From: Mizuhopecten yessoensis | Taxonomy: Eukaryota | Direction of reading: 5' to 3' | NCBI RefSeq assembly: GCF_002113885.1 | Contig: NW_018407435.1 | Span: 1,320,958 to 1,384,957 of the forward strand | Length of the DNA stretch: 64,000 nucleotides | Part shown: positions 41,301 through 50,956 of the stretch, in pieces | Layout of the letters: every line of letters begins with the position of its first letter | Position numbering within the stretch: position 1 is the first letter of the stretch | Made by a program: the position numbers and the translations under genes | The notes under the pieces: model-generated | Seen by the model: the letters and a program-made list of their open reading frames with translations, nothing else | The model's database searches: none | Told to the model about the DNA's origin: nothing

Positions 41301-44300
41301 ACGCGATGTCATTCTTTGTCTTTTATGTTGACTTGACAGTACAGTTTGCCTATTTAATTATAGTTATGAGTCAATCAAATGTAGAATTTGAGGATATGGA
41401 AATTACACCTATATCCCTCCTGTATGAAACTTCGAGGTGGTTTTAGTCTGAAGATTAGAAACTAGGGAAATTCTGCCTGTTAATCAGAATTTACAGGCGG
41501 GGTGGATCGAGGCAGAGTTTGAAATTGAACAAAGCTCCATCTGAATTATGTCTGTGAATTGATACAGAACATTGTTATTTTCTTCCTTCAGTTCAGAGGT
41601 GTAAGTTTCTACTCCAGTTGTTGCCAAACTACAGATTACCAAATGTGGTCTTTTAGGATACATGTTTTCTACCTTTTTATGAGTGCTCGGTTAAATACAT
41701 GGGACCTTGTATATGTGTATCTTTTATGTAGAGGTGAGAGAAATGCTTCTTGCGTGAGACATCTCTATCTTACATGCATGATAAATTGGATAAATATCAT
41801 CTGAAGAATGTTTCACAGAGTCATCAGTACACAGCTACATAATAGTGAATTCCATGCTAAAGTCCTCATTGTTGTTAATCAGTGTATGTACCCTAACAAC
41901 AAACACCATGCCTGTGTGTTTCCCTATAGTAAACCCTGGAATCAGTATCCGGCACCCACACCCAATAGACCAGTTTAACATTTTGCTTTCAGTTTTCCAC
42001 AGTATGCCCAAGTACCGGTATATAACATGACAATTCCTGGACTTTTAACCTACCTAACAAGTATTTCATTTCTTGAGCATTCTTTGCTTGTTGGCCATGT
42101 CATATTTAGATTATAACCTCTGGTTTTGGTAGTCTTAACAACGGTCCATTGACTAAAGGAAACAAGAGTATTTCAAAAAATTTTCATATTAACCCATAAA
42201 TCCTTCCACCAATGTTCCTTGTTAATTCCTTAATCAGAAAATATTTGAAATATTTGCACAAGTTTAATATTTTACCGTATATGCCGTAATGGGCACCCCT
42301 CCTTCAATAAGTGTTCTTCCCTATATCTGTTTCCAGTGACAGGAGCATAAGAACATATGGTTGCATTATTTGGCTTTTGAACTTTTCAGCTTTTTTTTTT
42401 AGCAAACTTGGTGAAAGGGTGGCATTTTAACTCTACAAACTACTAGTAGTATTATTACGGAAATGTTGGTGTTGGCAATGCTGCTTCAATATATTCTCCA
42501 CCACGTGTCAATATTTCTGCATACATGTATATATTTATAATTTGTGACGATTAAAATAAGAAAAATAAAAGTACTGAAAATTTCCACTTTTATGATACAG
42601 ACGATTTCTTCTGATTAACCAAGAGATCCAGGCTGATAATATTTGGCCAGTAGCATGCTGGGATAAAGGGCTACCAAGTTTGTTCAAATGAATGACCTTC
42701 ATCCATTTTCAAGGTTACAGGGATCAAATATGTTAAAATCTTTTAACGACTTAAGAGGCCTAGGTTGATGATATTTGGCACGTTACATGCTGGGATGATT
42801 AAGGGCTACCAAGTTTTGAAGGGCTACCAAGTTTTGAGGCTACCAAGTTTGTCCAAATGAATGACCTTGACTTATATTCAAGTTTAAACCTTTAAACAGT
42901 TTCTTTTGAATAACCAGGAGGCCTAGGTAGCAGAGTACAGTAGAAATGGCTTGATCCTAAAAATAAAGGGCATGTCTCATATAAACATGGAAAGCGGATT
43001 TATCCTGCACAACACACCTACATATATATATATATTATAAACTACATTTTGAATACAAATATTTTAGAAGAATGATTTCTTTTTCAAAAAGTGATTTTCC
43101 CAGATTTGGGACTTGTGAAAACCATGGTTACCACATCAAAAACTGCCAAAAAATGCTAAAATACATGATTTTTAACCAAAAATTTGACCCATGCAAATAG
43201 TATTTTTTGTCTAAACCTGTTTGAAATTGAATATCACCTACTCTGTAACAGAAATACTCACGTTTTAGCATAGGTCGTTCAACTGGATTTTTCACAATAT
43301 TTACACATGTGCTGAGTACAAAAATAGACTACCGTACATGAAAAGCTAGCTTTTGTTGTGTAGACACAGATTTGTAAATGGCCAAAAATGTAGTCTCAAA
43401 CCAAATTTTTTTTTTTTAAATGTGAAGCCCACATAGTCCTTCCTCTTCATCATGTATATGCCATGTAATATTACATTGGTTATTCATTATACAAAAATAT
43501 CACCCATGGCCACCATACGCTACTCTACACTGCTACCCTAGGACGATGGTATTTGGGCAGTAATTACATGCTGGGATAAAGGACTACCAAGTTTATTCAA
43601 ATGAATGACCTTTACCTATATTCAAGGTCACAGGGGATATATGTTTACAACCTTTTAACAACTTCTTCTGAATAACCAAGATGCCTAGGATCGTTGAAAT
43701 TTTGCCAATGAACATGGTGGGATGAATGGCTACCATGTTTGTTCAATTTAATGACCTTGAATTTAATTCAAAGTCACAGGGGTCGAATATGTTGAAAACT
43801 GTGAAAGACTGCTTCTTCATAACCAAAAGGACCATGGTGATGATATTTGGCCAGTAACAAGCTGGGATAAAGGGTTACCAAGATCAAATGAATAACCTTC
43901 ACCTATTTGCAAGGTCACAGGGGTCAAAAATGTTGAAATCTATAGACCAATTCTGAATAATCTAAAGGTCCAGGGTAATGATATTTGGCCAGAATCATGC
44001 TGGTATGAAAGACTTAAAAGAAAGGCTGTTCAACTTAATGTCCTTGTTTGACTTTCAAGGTCACATGTGTCTCACGTTTAAATCTTTTAATAGATTCTTT
44101 TGAATCAAAAAATGATATTTTGCCTGTAGTATTTTAGTCCACTTTTACGATTACAAGTGTAAGATTAATACCAGGTGAGCAATACAGGCCCATTGGGCCT
44201 CTTGTATTTTTACCTAGTATTAAAAACATTTTAAAAGTATACAATGTTCTGAAAAAACGAGTGGGAAATTTTGATCGGTGATTGTGGTGTCTGCTCTTTG

Positions 44301-47300
44301 TTAACACAATATATTATTTCCAAGTTCAAACTGCAGAGCTATAACATTTGATTCCCAAGGCATGTCCAGGCATGTGGTACAGATCCTATGTCAGCCTCTA
44401 TAAATATGTCTATAAATATAGTTTCTTCATTTTCACTGCTTGCTGACTATAATTTACTTGCAATCGGAAAAAGATTTGTGATTGGTGATGGTATAATTGT
44501 GAAATTCATTTCTTCATTGATATAATTTTTTAATTAATATAGGAGTATGCCTTTTATTTTACCAAAAACAGTGAGCATGTTTTTTTCCCCAGCATCATGC
44601 ATATGATTGATAAATTTTATAGAACGAAGTCATTTAATCAGAAAAAAATATTGATTACTGTCTCAAACTTATTATTCTAATGTTGTACTGAGTAAGCTTG
44701 CATGTTGTTTGGAACATGTATGTATACAATGTAGTGTACATGTCTCATTTTAAATGATACAGCTGATGGGGTCATGTTATATTTTTTTTTAAATCAAGAT
44801 ATGTAAAAGATCTTGGGTACATGGTTCTCATATCTAGCCATCTCTTAATAGGTGTATGCGTTACATTTCAAAGTAATTGTTCTTTTCTCCTTATTATTTT
44901 GTAAAATATATCAAGATAAGAAGGCATTATCAACATCAAAGTTGTCTTTTCTTGAAAATATCATTAGCAAGTTTCATAAAAAAAGATTAACAAATTCTGT
45001 TTCGGCTAAACAATCAAAATGCAAAATAAAGCAACTTGGCCAATTATAATGTAGAAAAACAGAAGCTAAGTAACATAATCAAATGAAAACAGACACTAGT
45101 ATAGTTTAACCCTTTCACCCCTATGTAACTTTAGTAGACTCTGCCATGCATTGATCCAGATGAGTCTATTTTGGTCTACAGTGGTTAAAGGCCTATGGAA
45201 AATTTATATAAATTTGAAATTAAGATACATGTACTAATAAAAGTATGGTATCATTTAAGGTTTGAAACGCATGTGTTTTTAACATTTATGATGGTATACA
45301 GCACAGCTATGCACATCTTGGAAAATAGGGTTGAATTGAAATGTGTTGCATACCATCTTCAGTGTCAAAAAGATGCATTGCAATCCTTATATTTACTTTT
45401 CAAGACGATATTATTCCATCGATCTCATTCAGTTCAAAATATATTTTAAACCAAACTGTTTCACCGAACACTTTTTCCGTCAGTTGGTGAACATCAAATA
45501 AAACCATTCAGGAATGTCAGTCATAATATAAATGTGACATCACATCATGATTGGTCCGTAATTACTCAGACAGTTTGATTAAAAAGGCCAAAAACTGTTT
45601 CCGATTGGAAAATAATCACACGTAAAAGTTCTTGCTGTTTAATTGGGTTATAACAACGTTTTTTATATGGTATATGTCTATCAAAGGACTTTTCCTGGCA
45701 GAGTGCAATGGTGCAATCGACTTTCGGACAGATATTTCATTCTATTGTAGCACTCTGCAACTCTAAGAAGAATTGCCTTTTGTAAAAATTAGGAAAACAT
45801 TAAGGTATAATCAAGGATTTGTTCTTGAAAACAAGTCCTTCTGGTTTAATAAGTATTGTGATGGCAATAAAGTGATAATATGTAATTAAGCTTAAGGTAA
45901 GACCTACAGAGGTTTTGTGACATTGTCATTGAATGTTTTCATCCCATTTAGATATTGTTTGTGACTGTGTTATACTCCTTCCAGATGTTCGCCGAGATGA
46001 ATGGAAAACTGGATCCTCTGTACAAAGGTGTAATGAATAATAGGGACAAATGGCAGAAAATGGCTGATGAATATGAACGTAAGATGGCAAGCAGTGGAAA
46101 GCAGGCAAATCATGGTTAGAGATCAGTTTCTGTATTTGAATTCACATATGGCTGCTATATTTTATAGGCTAGATAAAAATGGAAATCTACCTAGGCTGAT
46201 TTTGCTTTTTGTTTTTACGTATAATCTCGCTTTCTAATATATTACGCTTTTAACAGTTCTGAATCTTTAAAAGATACTGGTGTGCTGTTTTATTTAAGAA
46301 AATTTGCCAGGAAGCTCAGGTGGATTTCCATACATGTGAATTGATAAGAAATGGATTTCTCTCAGATTATACCTTTGTACTGGAAGCTCCGATGAAATTT
46401 CCAACAGCAAAACTGGAATTTGATTGGAAGTGCCAGTATTACTAACCTGATTCTAGTTTGCATGTTAAATTATTACTAACATCTTGTTGTATTGTTTACT
46501 GTTGTTTGTAATGTTTTCAGTTTCGATGTTAATCCTTGTTGTCAGAGTGTTGTATATGTTGTCCATAGTGTGCAGCACAGTGCACCTTCAAAGAGGTGTA
46601 AAAACTGTTTTGCAAAATAATTAATATTTGGCTGTCTGCATGAACTTAATCGTTTTTAAACTGGTGCTTCCTTCACATTTCTGATATGGCTTATTATATT
46701 ATGATAAAATTATCAAAGCTATGTTATGAATGTTAAAAAAGGAAATTAAATAGAGAATAATACATGCCTTTTTCCATATCACACCCTTGGTCGAGGGTTG
46801 ATACTGGGTGTGATATGGAAAAAGGCGTGTTTTATTCTGTTTATTACATACTTACTAATAAAAACTACTAACTTATGATTTATTTTCATTTTTGAAATAT
46901 TGAAAAATGTTTTTTTTTTTCAAATGGGGTGTGATATGGCTTTTGCGGGCTGATATGGGTTTTGGGGTGTGATACGTCGGGGGCTGATACGGGTTTTGGG
47001 GTGTGATACGGCGAGGGCTGATATGGGTTAGAGCAATTGTGTCGTATCGCATATACAAAAAACCTGTATTTATTCGTAAGTATGAAATAAATGTTATTAA
47101 TATCCAGTGTAGTAGATAATGGCAATGATATTTGATGAATAATCAACAACATGTTACATGTCTGTGTATTATGATTGAATGAATGAAAAGGTGAGAAAAT
47201 GTTAGAAAAATATAAGTAATGAAGGCCACTTTGGCCTGAGTTAATATCCAACACTTTTAAATCTCAGGTTTTATATTCCTTCATAATATAATAAAAAATA

Positions 47301-50300
47301 TTTCTAATAATAATTTAAGTTATCACAATGAAGACTTAATTTAAACCTGTGTTAGTGATAAATTACAAGATTTTAGCATTTGAGTCATTTCCCTTAGTCT
47401 GGTAGACTTTCGACTATAGAGTTATCTACTTAAGTGCCTATAAGACAATGTGACCTAAATCATTCATAAATTAGCTCCAAAAACTGTACAACTAGAGGGG
47501 ACTTGGGTTTGCACAGTAGCATTAGTCGATGTGTGTGTCACTTTGTCTGGGGTATATATCTTATACACTCTTTCACCTACAAATGCTAAATTTTATTTTG
47601 TATCACTTGGGATGATCGATTGAAATGGGTCTTGTGCCTGTTAACAGCCTTTTGTTCATGTGTCACTTTGTCTGGGGCATACATCTTGTATAGTATATAT
47701 GTTACCTACAATGGCCGAATTGTATTTGAATACCTCTTGGGAGTATCATGTACAGAAGTGGATCTCATGCCCAAGTATATACAGAGTTATAGCCCTTTTT
47801 TCATTTTTTTATTCTGAAATTCACGACAAGGTGGGAGGAGGGATTGCTTGCAATACTTTGCTTTGTTTAAACTATGCTGTTCTATTGCCTGTACAACCAT
47901 TTGCCACATGATGCCTCCTTTTGATTTCACCATCAAGGCATTCACAGCTGATGTCATAGTTTCTGGATGCTGCAGTCAATGGTCCTGTCCTGCCAGTTAA
48001 ACATGGATGTATGTGGAATCATTAGATATGCACATGCACGCATGTTAATTCCCTCAATAAAGCTAATATGTCAAAAACAATCCACACCCGGCTAAAATGG
48101 AGGCTTTAGAAGAGAGTTGCACATGTTTTTTGTTTGTTAGGAAATGATGCATGCACACGCATACATTGTTATCCAATGATACATGGAAACTAAACAATTG
48201 AAAGTGTCATTTAACAATTTTTACATTGCAGACATAGAATAATATTGAAAGTAGTGTAACATACGATATTGCAAAGTAGGAATTTCATTGGTGTGATCAC
48301 GAAGGCATTTCAAAATTATCGGCAGAAAAGATTCTGCCAAAATCAAACTTCAGGAACAGCAGGAAGCTAGTGATCAATTAAAATAATGATTTAAATTCTA
48401 TCTTTTGGTACTGGTAATGGAAGTGATACAAAGCTGAATTTGTATACAATCACCATAAAGCCTTCAGTACAATTGCAAGATTGACCCCCTCCCACCTACC
48501 TCCCCCATATTTATTTATTATGAATTTTTCATATTATTCCAAACAAGGAATTGGCCAGGAGTGCATCACGTGTCCACCGATAAAAACCGATAATGACTTG
48601 GAGCGCGTGATTTTTGTTCAAGGACTGGGTGTTTCTAAAAATAGAATTATGACGTGTCTCCAAACAATGCACTGTCCCGCTGCCGAAGTTGTTTTGCTGT
48701 GGGTTTTTTTGTCGTGTTTTTTTTTGTCAGATTGCTTACATCACTGTTTTGAAAATAATGAAATAATAGTAGCATTTGGCTGAAGTCAATGCCTGGATTT
48801 ATTCACCAGAGCAAGGATATATTGACCGAGGATTGCTATAATTGAATATTGCAGACTCTTCCAAATTTGTTTTAGTTGTTGATGAAACTTGCAAGAAAAT
48901 AACCATATCCTTTATCAGGAGAAGACAATTGATAATCAAAGTCTATACTGCATATCTTGTCTGTCAAACTAGTCGTTTTAAGGAAAAATGTCTAAAACAT
49001 TTGTCTTCTTCTCTTCGAAAGAGCTTTGACAGACTTGGTGTGATACTTTGTTTCACCATCAACTTGTTGTAATGGATGTGTCAACAGTTATCAGTTACAC
49101 ATGTACTAAAACTGTGTAGGTTAGATTAAGAGGATGTGGTGTATTACACACAATTTATGTTTTGAAGTTTAGTTTGTACTTAGTATAAGTTGCTAAATGT
49201 TTTTACTTTCTTTTCCTACTAACATAAAACAGTGATATTTTTGTAATCACCTGGTTAGAGGGACTGTATGGTTAAAAACTTTCATAGAACTATGAGATGA
49301 TTGTAATGGCAAGATAAATCGATAACAACCCTATTTGGCGCCATTCTTAGGTGGTAAGGATTCAGAATTGTACAAATGAAGGAGTTGACTGCTAAATTGA
49401 CTATGTGACTGTGATTCTTAAACTTATGAGATAGTTACCAACAATATTTGGTTGGGGAAGGAGGCTGAGGGGGGCATGGCTAAAAATGTTAATTAGGATA
49501 GACCTTAATTGGGGTCTGCCCCTGGCAGTAGGAACTTGGACGCTAAGCCAAGCATGGAAACAATGAAAAGAAATATACAATTGCTAAGCATGGAGATCTT
49601 GATACATATTTTCTACTAGGATTGGCCCTTGGGTCTGGCCCCATCCCTTGGATTTTAATATCAATGTTTCTTTGAATGAGATTATTTTGGTAGGATTTCT
49701 TTAACATACAGGTGAGCAATACAGACCCTCTAGGCCTTTTTGTTATATGTACACTAATAACCAATGTCTCAATAGCATACAGACCCTCTAGGCCTTTTTG
49801 TTATATGTACACTAATAACCAACATATCAATAACATACAGACCCTCTAGGCCTTTTTGTTTAATTTACACTAACAACCAATATCTCAATATCCTACTGAC
49901 CCTTCATTTACCTTGTATTATATATAATTACGTGAAACATTAACATATTAACACATGTTTGTTGGTATTGCTGACTTGTTTATTCTGTTTTGAAAGAAGT
50001 TTTTATTACATGTTTTGGCCCAAAATGATGTGGTTGATGGGCTATAAAACAAAACAGATAGTTATATCTTATATTTGCTATTTAGCCAGTGTATCTTAAC
50101 AAATTACAAAATGTCTAGAGTTTTTTGAAAAAAATAGCTTTCTTTATGCAGAAATCTTTATTCTATACAGAAAATCATGGGGAAAAGAATGTAATTATGG
50201 AAAAATTTTGATATGATGATGAAATCATTATGATAACAAATATCATAATAACTATAGTTAATATAGTAATTCCCTGTCAATGATGAACATGTGAATAATG

Positions 50301-50956
50301 TAAATGAACGTGGTACCCGGGTGTTGTAGATGAACAAGGACATACTTTTAATTCTCAATGCTCTTTCCCAATGTTAGATACAGATGAACAACCTGCACCA
50401 GCCAACAACTCAAGTCAGGAACAAAAAACACAAAATGGAGGAGTACGCAAGAACAGTACAAACAATACCCAGCAAAAGAAGGTTAGTTTCTTCATAAAAT
50501 ACCTCAAAACATGAGGAAAAGAAAGTATGTATGTGCATATGGTAAACTTCTTTCACATCAGAAATGTTTTCATTGTTCTGTTAAAATTAAATTATACAAA
50601 TTTGCACAAAACACAAAACCTAAAGTATCTTTTGTTGCAAAACAAAAAACAAAGGAAGGTGGACTTCCACTGGTAGCCAATTATGATGTCTCCTAACTAG
50701 AGCAGGACTGATCTTTAAACAAATGTTACAAATATTAAATTTGGTTTAGTCTTTTCTGTCATTTTTTGTACAATTAAATATTACTTTAGCCATTAAGATT
50801 GATGTCATCTTTTGTAACTGTTTGAATGAAAAAAAATATGTGCTATGTATCATGAACTTATTTTGTATTCCTCGATTCCAGTATGGGTCAAATGTGATAT
50901 CAAACAAGACTGACTCGAAAAGCTCTAAAAAGACCAAGATCTGTTCCCTGATGTGA
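13715..50956 (+). CDS. Pde6: Spliced gene: GAF-domain cGMP-type 3',5'-cyclic nucleotide phosphodiesterase (PDE5/6/11 clade, invertebrate PDE5/6-like) with C-terminal CaaX
   Basis: About 20 GT-AG exons join in frame. They encode two GAF domains (SILCMPI...GVAQIINK...F...DE; SMLCMPI...GVTQLINK...F...D), a PDEase catalytic domain ([59 protein letters not shown]) and terminal CSLM*. The symbol refers to the Drosophila-type PDE5/6 orthogroup and needs a phylogeny to confirm. Confidence 0.93.
15216..15374 (+). CDS. PDE exon 2 (GAF-A)
   Basis: cag|[24 protein letters not shown]...FTKQDEE|gtaatt, 159 nt, phase 0-0. Confidence 0.95.
15695..15932. mobile_element. PIF/Harbinger-type MITE (family H1)
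   Basis: TTA flanks; inverted copy of 31421-31649. Confidence 0.78.
17903..18094. mobile_element. Palindromic MITE of about 190 bp (family P, copy 1)
   Basis: About 65-bp arms TTATTC.GTCTTTGCGTA..GCAGAGTTATCTTCTCTTGTGAGCAGGTA..GATTGTTACGTC. Confidence 0.9.
18251..18340 (+). CDS. PDE exon 3 (end of GAF-A)
   Basis: tgcag|[30 protein letters not shown]|gtaatg, 90 nt; not in the ORF track. Confidence 0.93.
18413..19542 (+). mobile_element. Helentron/DINE-like non-autonomous element with internal ~150-bp tandem units
   Basis: 5' TTATACCCCCGC with short hairpin and (GTCT/GTCC)n; repeated GAGTTATGGCCCTTTGTTGAA units; 3' GCAGGGGTAT subterminal inverted repeat and CAGTTCTAGTTT end. Confidence 0.8.
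20347..20487 (+). CDS. PDE exon 4 (start of GAF-B)
   Basis: tttaag|[23 protein letters not shown]...[15 protein letters not shown]|gtagga, 141 nt; AAG acceptor. Confidence 0.92.
21256..21690. mobile_element. TIR element, Kolobok-like (TTAA-type flanks)
   Basis: TAAGGTAAAGGGTACC ... GGTACGCTTTACCTTAA. Confidence 0.65.
22051..22128 (+). CDS. Candidate cassette exon 5 (GAF-B loop insert)
   Basis: T-rich tract and tag|[26 protein letters not shown]|gtaaac, 78 nt, phase 0-0, no stop. No recognisable family homology. Confidence 0.5.
24879..25362 (+). mobile_element. tRNA-derived SINE (family C)
   Basis: TGGTCGAGTGG A box, GGTTCGATCCC B box, CA-rich segment, 3' GGCGCTATATCAAATG..TATT tail. Confidence 0.82.
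26933..26980 (+). CDS. PDE exon 6 (48-nt GAF-B loop exon)
   Basis: tttttctcatag|[16 protein letters not shown]|gtaatt, phase 0-0. Confidence 0.72.
29128..29192 (+). CDS. PDE exon 7 (GAF-B)
   Basis: tttgcag|[21 protein letters not shown]+AG|gtgact; phase 0-2 matches the next exon. Confidence 0.88.
29451..29612. repeat. Long inverted repeat (about 75-bp arms), part of a larger repeat element
   Basis: AGAATC..TCACCCCCTTG..AAGTTGCCAAACAC / GTGTTTGGCAACTT..CAAGGGGGTGAA..GATTCT. Confidence 0.88.
30038..30290. repeat. About 22-bp G-rich minisatellite, about 11 copies
   Basis: Unit GGGAGACACACCCGTGAAGGG(T/G). Confidence 0.93.
30883..30994 (+). CDS. PDE exon 8 (GAF-B)
   Basis: Long pyrimidine tract, tag|(S)[37 protein letters not shown]|gtaaaa, phase 2-0. 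Confidence 0.9.
31421..31649. mobile_element. PIF/Harbinger-type MITE (family H1)
   Basis: TTA|GGCCAAACAAAAAAATA...TATTTTTTTGTCTGGCC|TTA. Confidence 0.85.
31777..31920 (+). CDS. PDE exon 9 (GAF-B)
   Basis: tag|[48 protein letters not shown]|gtagga, 144 nt. Confidence 0.95.
32657..32800 (+). CDS. PDE exon 10 (GAF-B end and linker helix)
   Basis: tttag|[48 protein letters not shown]|gtaagt, 144 nt. Confidence 0.95.
33181..33655. repeat. 36-38-bp minisatellite, about 13 copies, in intron 10
   Basis: Unit TCTTGTCAGAAATG(TC)ACTTATCAAAGCTATAGTCTT. Confidence 0.95.
33956..34102 (+). CDS. PDE exon 11 (start of catalytic domain)
   Basis: atcag|[19 protein letters not shown]...FRIPYD|gtaagt, 147 nt. 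Confidence 0.94.
34368..34475 (+). CDS. PDE exon 12 (YHNWRH motif)
   Basis: ccag|[36 protein letters not shown]|gtgagt, 108 nt. Confidence 0.96.
34935..35044 (+). CDS. PDE exon 13 (HDLDH metal-binding motif)
   Basis: acag|[36 protein letters not shown]+AA|gtacat, phase 0-2. Confidence 0.95.
35416..35875 (+). mobile_element. Helentron-like non-autonomous element
   Basis: TTTTAAGTTCACCTG head, GTCCGTCGTCTGTCC, internal units shared with 42600-44205, 3' GCCATTGGGCCGCTTGTT. Confidence 0.7.
36014..36101 (+). CDS. PDE exon 14
   Basis: ctcag|(K)[29 protein letters not shown]|gtaggt, phase 2-0. Confidence 0.95.
36429..36529 (+). CDS. PDE exon 15
   Basis: tttag|[33 protein letters not shown]+AA|gtaggt, phase 0-2. 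Confidence 0.95.
37218..37295 (+). CDS. PDE exon 16
   Basis: tacag|(K)[25 protein letters not shown]+AG|gtaaag, phase 2-2. Confidence 0.93.
37611..37749 (+). CDS. PDE exon 17
   Basis: tacag|(R)[46 protein letters not shown]|gtatgt, phase 2-0. Confidence 0.96.
37904..38079. repeat. Long inverted repeat
   Basis: GCAAGACCACACACTTGTGTTTT..TTTATTGCGCGGACG / CGTCCGCGCAATAAA..AAAACACAAGTGTGTGGTCTTGC. Confidence 0.88.
38685..39607 (+). repeat. 44-bp tandem array, 21 copies, derived from the intron 17/exon 18 junction
   Basis: Unit AGTTTAAATCTTGTTATATTTGCCAG-GCTATGATGGACAGAGAG; 923 bp = 21 x 44 minus one deletion. Confidence 0.97.
39590..39673 (+). CDS. PDE exon 18 (invariant substrate-binding Gln)
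   Basis: gccag|[28 protein letters not shown]|gtatgt, 84 nt; begins inside the last copy of the 44-bp array. Confidence 0.94.
40639..40765 (+). CDS. PDE alternative exon 19A (last catalytic helix, variant A)
   Basis: ctaat branch-like motif, taag|[42 protein letters not shown]+G|gtctcc (weak donor, phase 1). Read-through would stop at 40881. Confidence 0.7.
42600..44206 (+). mobile_element. Helentron-like element with ~160-bp tandem units, interrupted by a nested MITE
   Basis: Repeated ATATTTGGCCAGTAGCATGCTGGGAT..GGGCTACCAAGTTTGTTCAAATGAATGACCTT; 3' end CAGGTGAGCAATACAGGCCCATTGGGCCTCTTGT. Confidence 0.82.
42926..43537. mobile_element. Nested TIR element with 3-bp TSD (PIF/Harbinger-like)
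   Basis: CTA|GGTAGCAGAGTACAGTAG ... CTACTCTACACTGCTACC|CTA. Confidence 0.8.
45985..46114 (+). CDS. PDE alternative exon 19B (last catalytic helix, variant B)
   Basis: ctccttccag|[43 protein letters not shown]+G|gttaga, phase 0-1; a second phase-1 donor GTAAGA lies at 46079. Confidence 0.85.
46747..47030. repeat. Inverted repeat plus short GGGCTGATA/GGGGTGTGATA tandem units
   Basis: GCCTTTTTCCATATCACACCC / GGGTGTGATATGGAAAAAGGC hairpin at 46747-46845; repeats at 46926-47028. Confidence 0.8.
49240..49900 (+). mobile_element. Degenerate Helentron-like element with triplicated 3' end and flank
   Basis: CAGGTGAGCAATACAGACCCTCTAGGCCTTTTTGTT at 49709, then two more ~59-bp copies of ATACAGACCCTCTAGGCCTTTTTGTT..ACACTAA.AACCAA. 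Confidence 0.6.
50378..50481 (+). CDS. PDE exon 20 (low-complexity N/Q-rich tail)
   Basis: tag|ATACAG| tandem acceptors (50377/50383); (D)[34 protein letters not shown]|gttagt, phase 1-0. Confidence 0.78.
50882..50956 (+). CDS. PDE terminal coding exon 21 (polybasic plus CaaX)
   Basis: ttccag|[24 protein letters not shown]; phase 0 matches exon 20. Confidence 0.85.
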   Translation, partial: YGSNVISNKTDSKSSKKTKICSLM

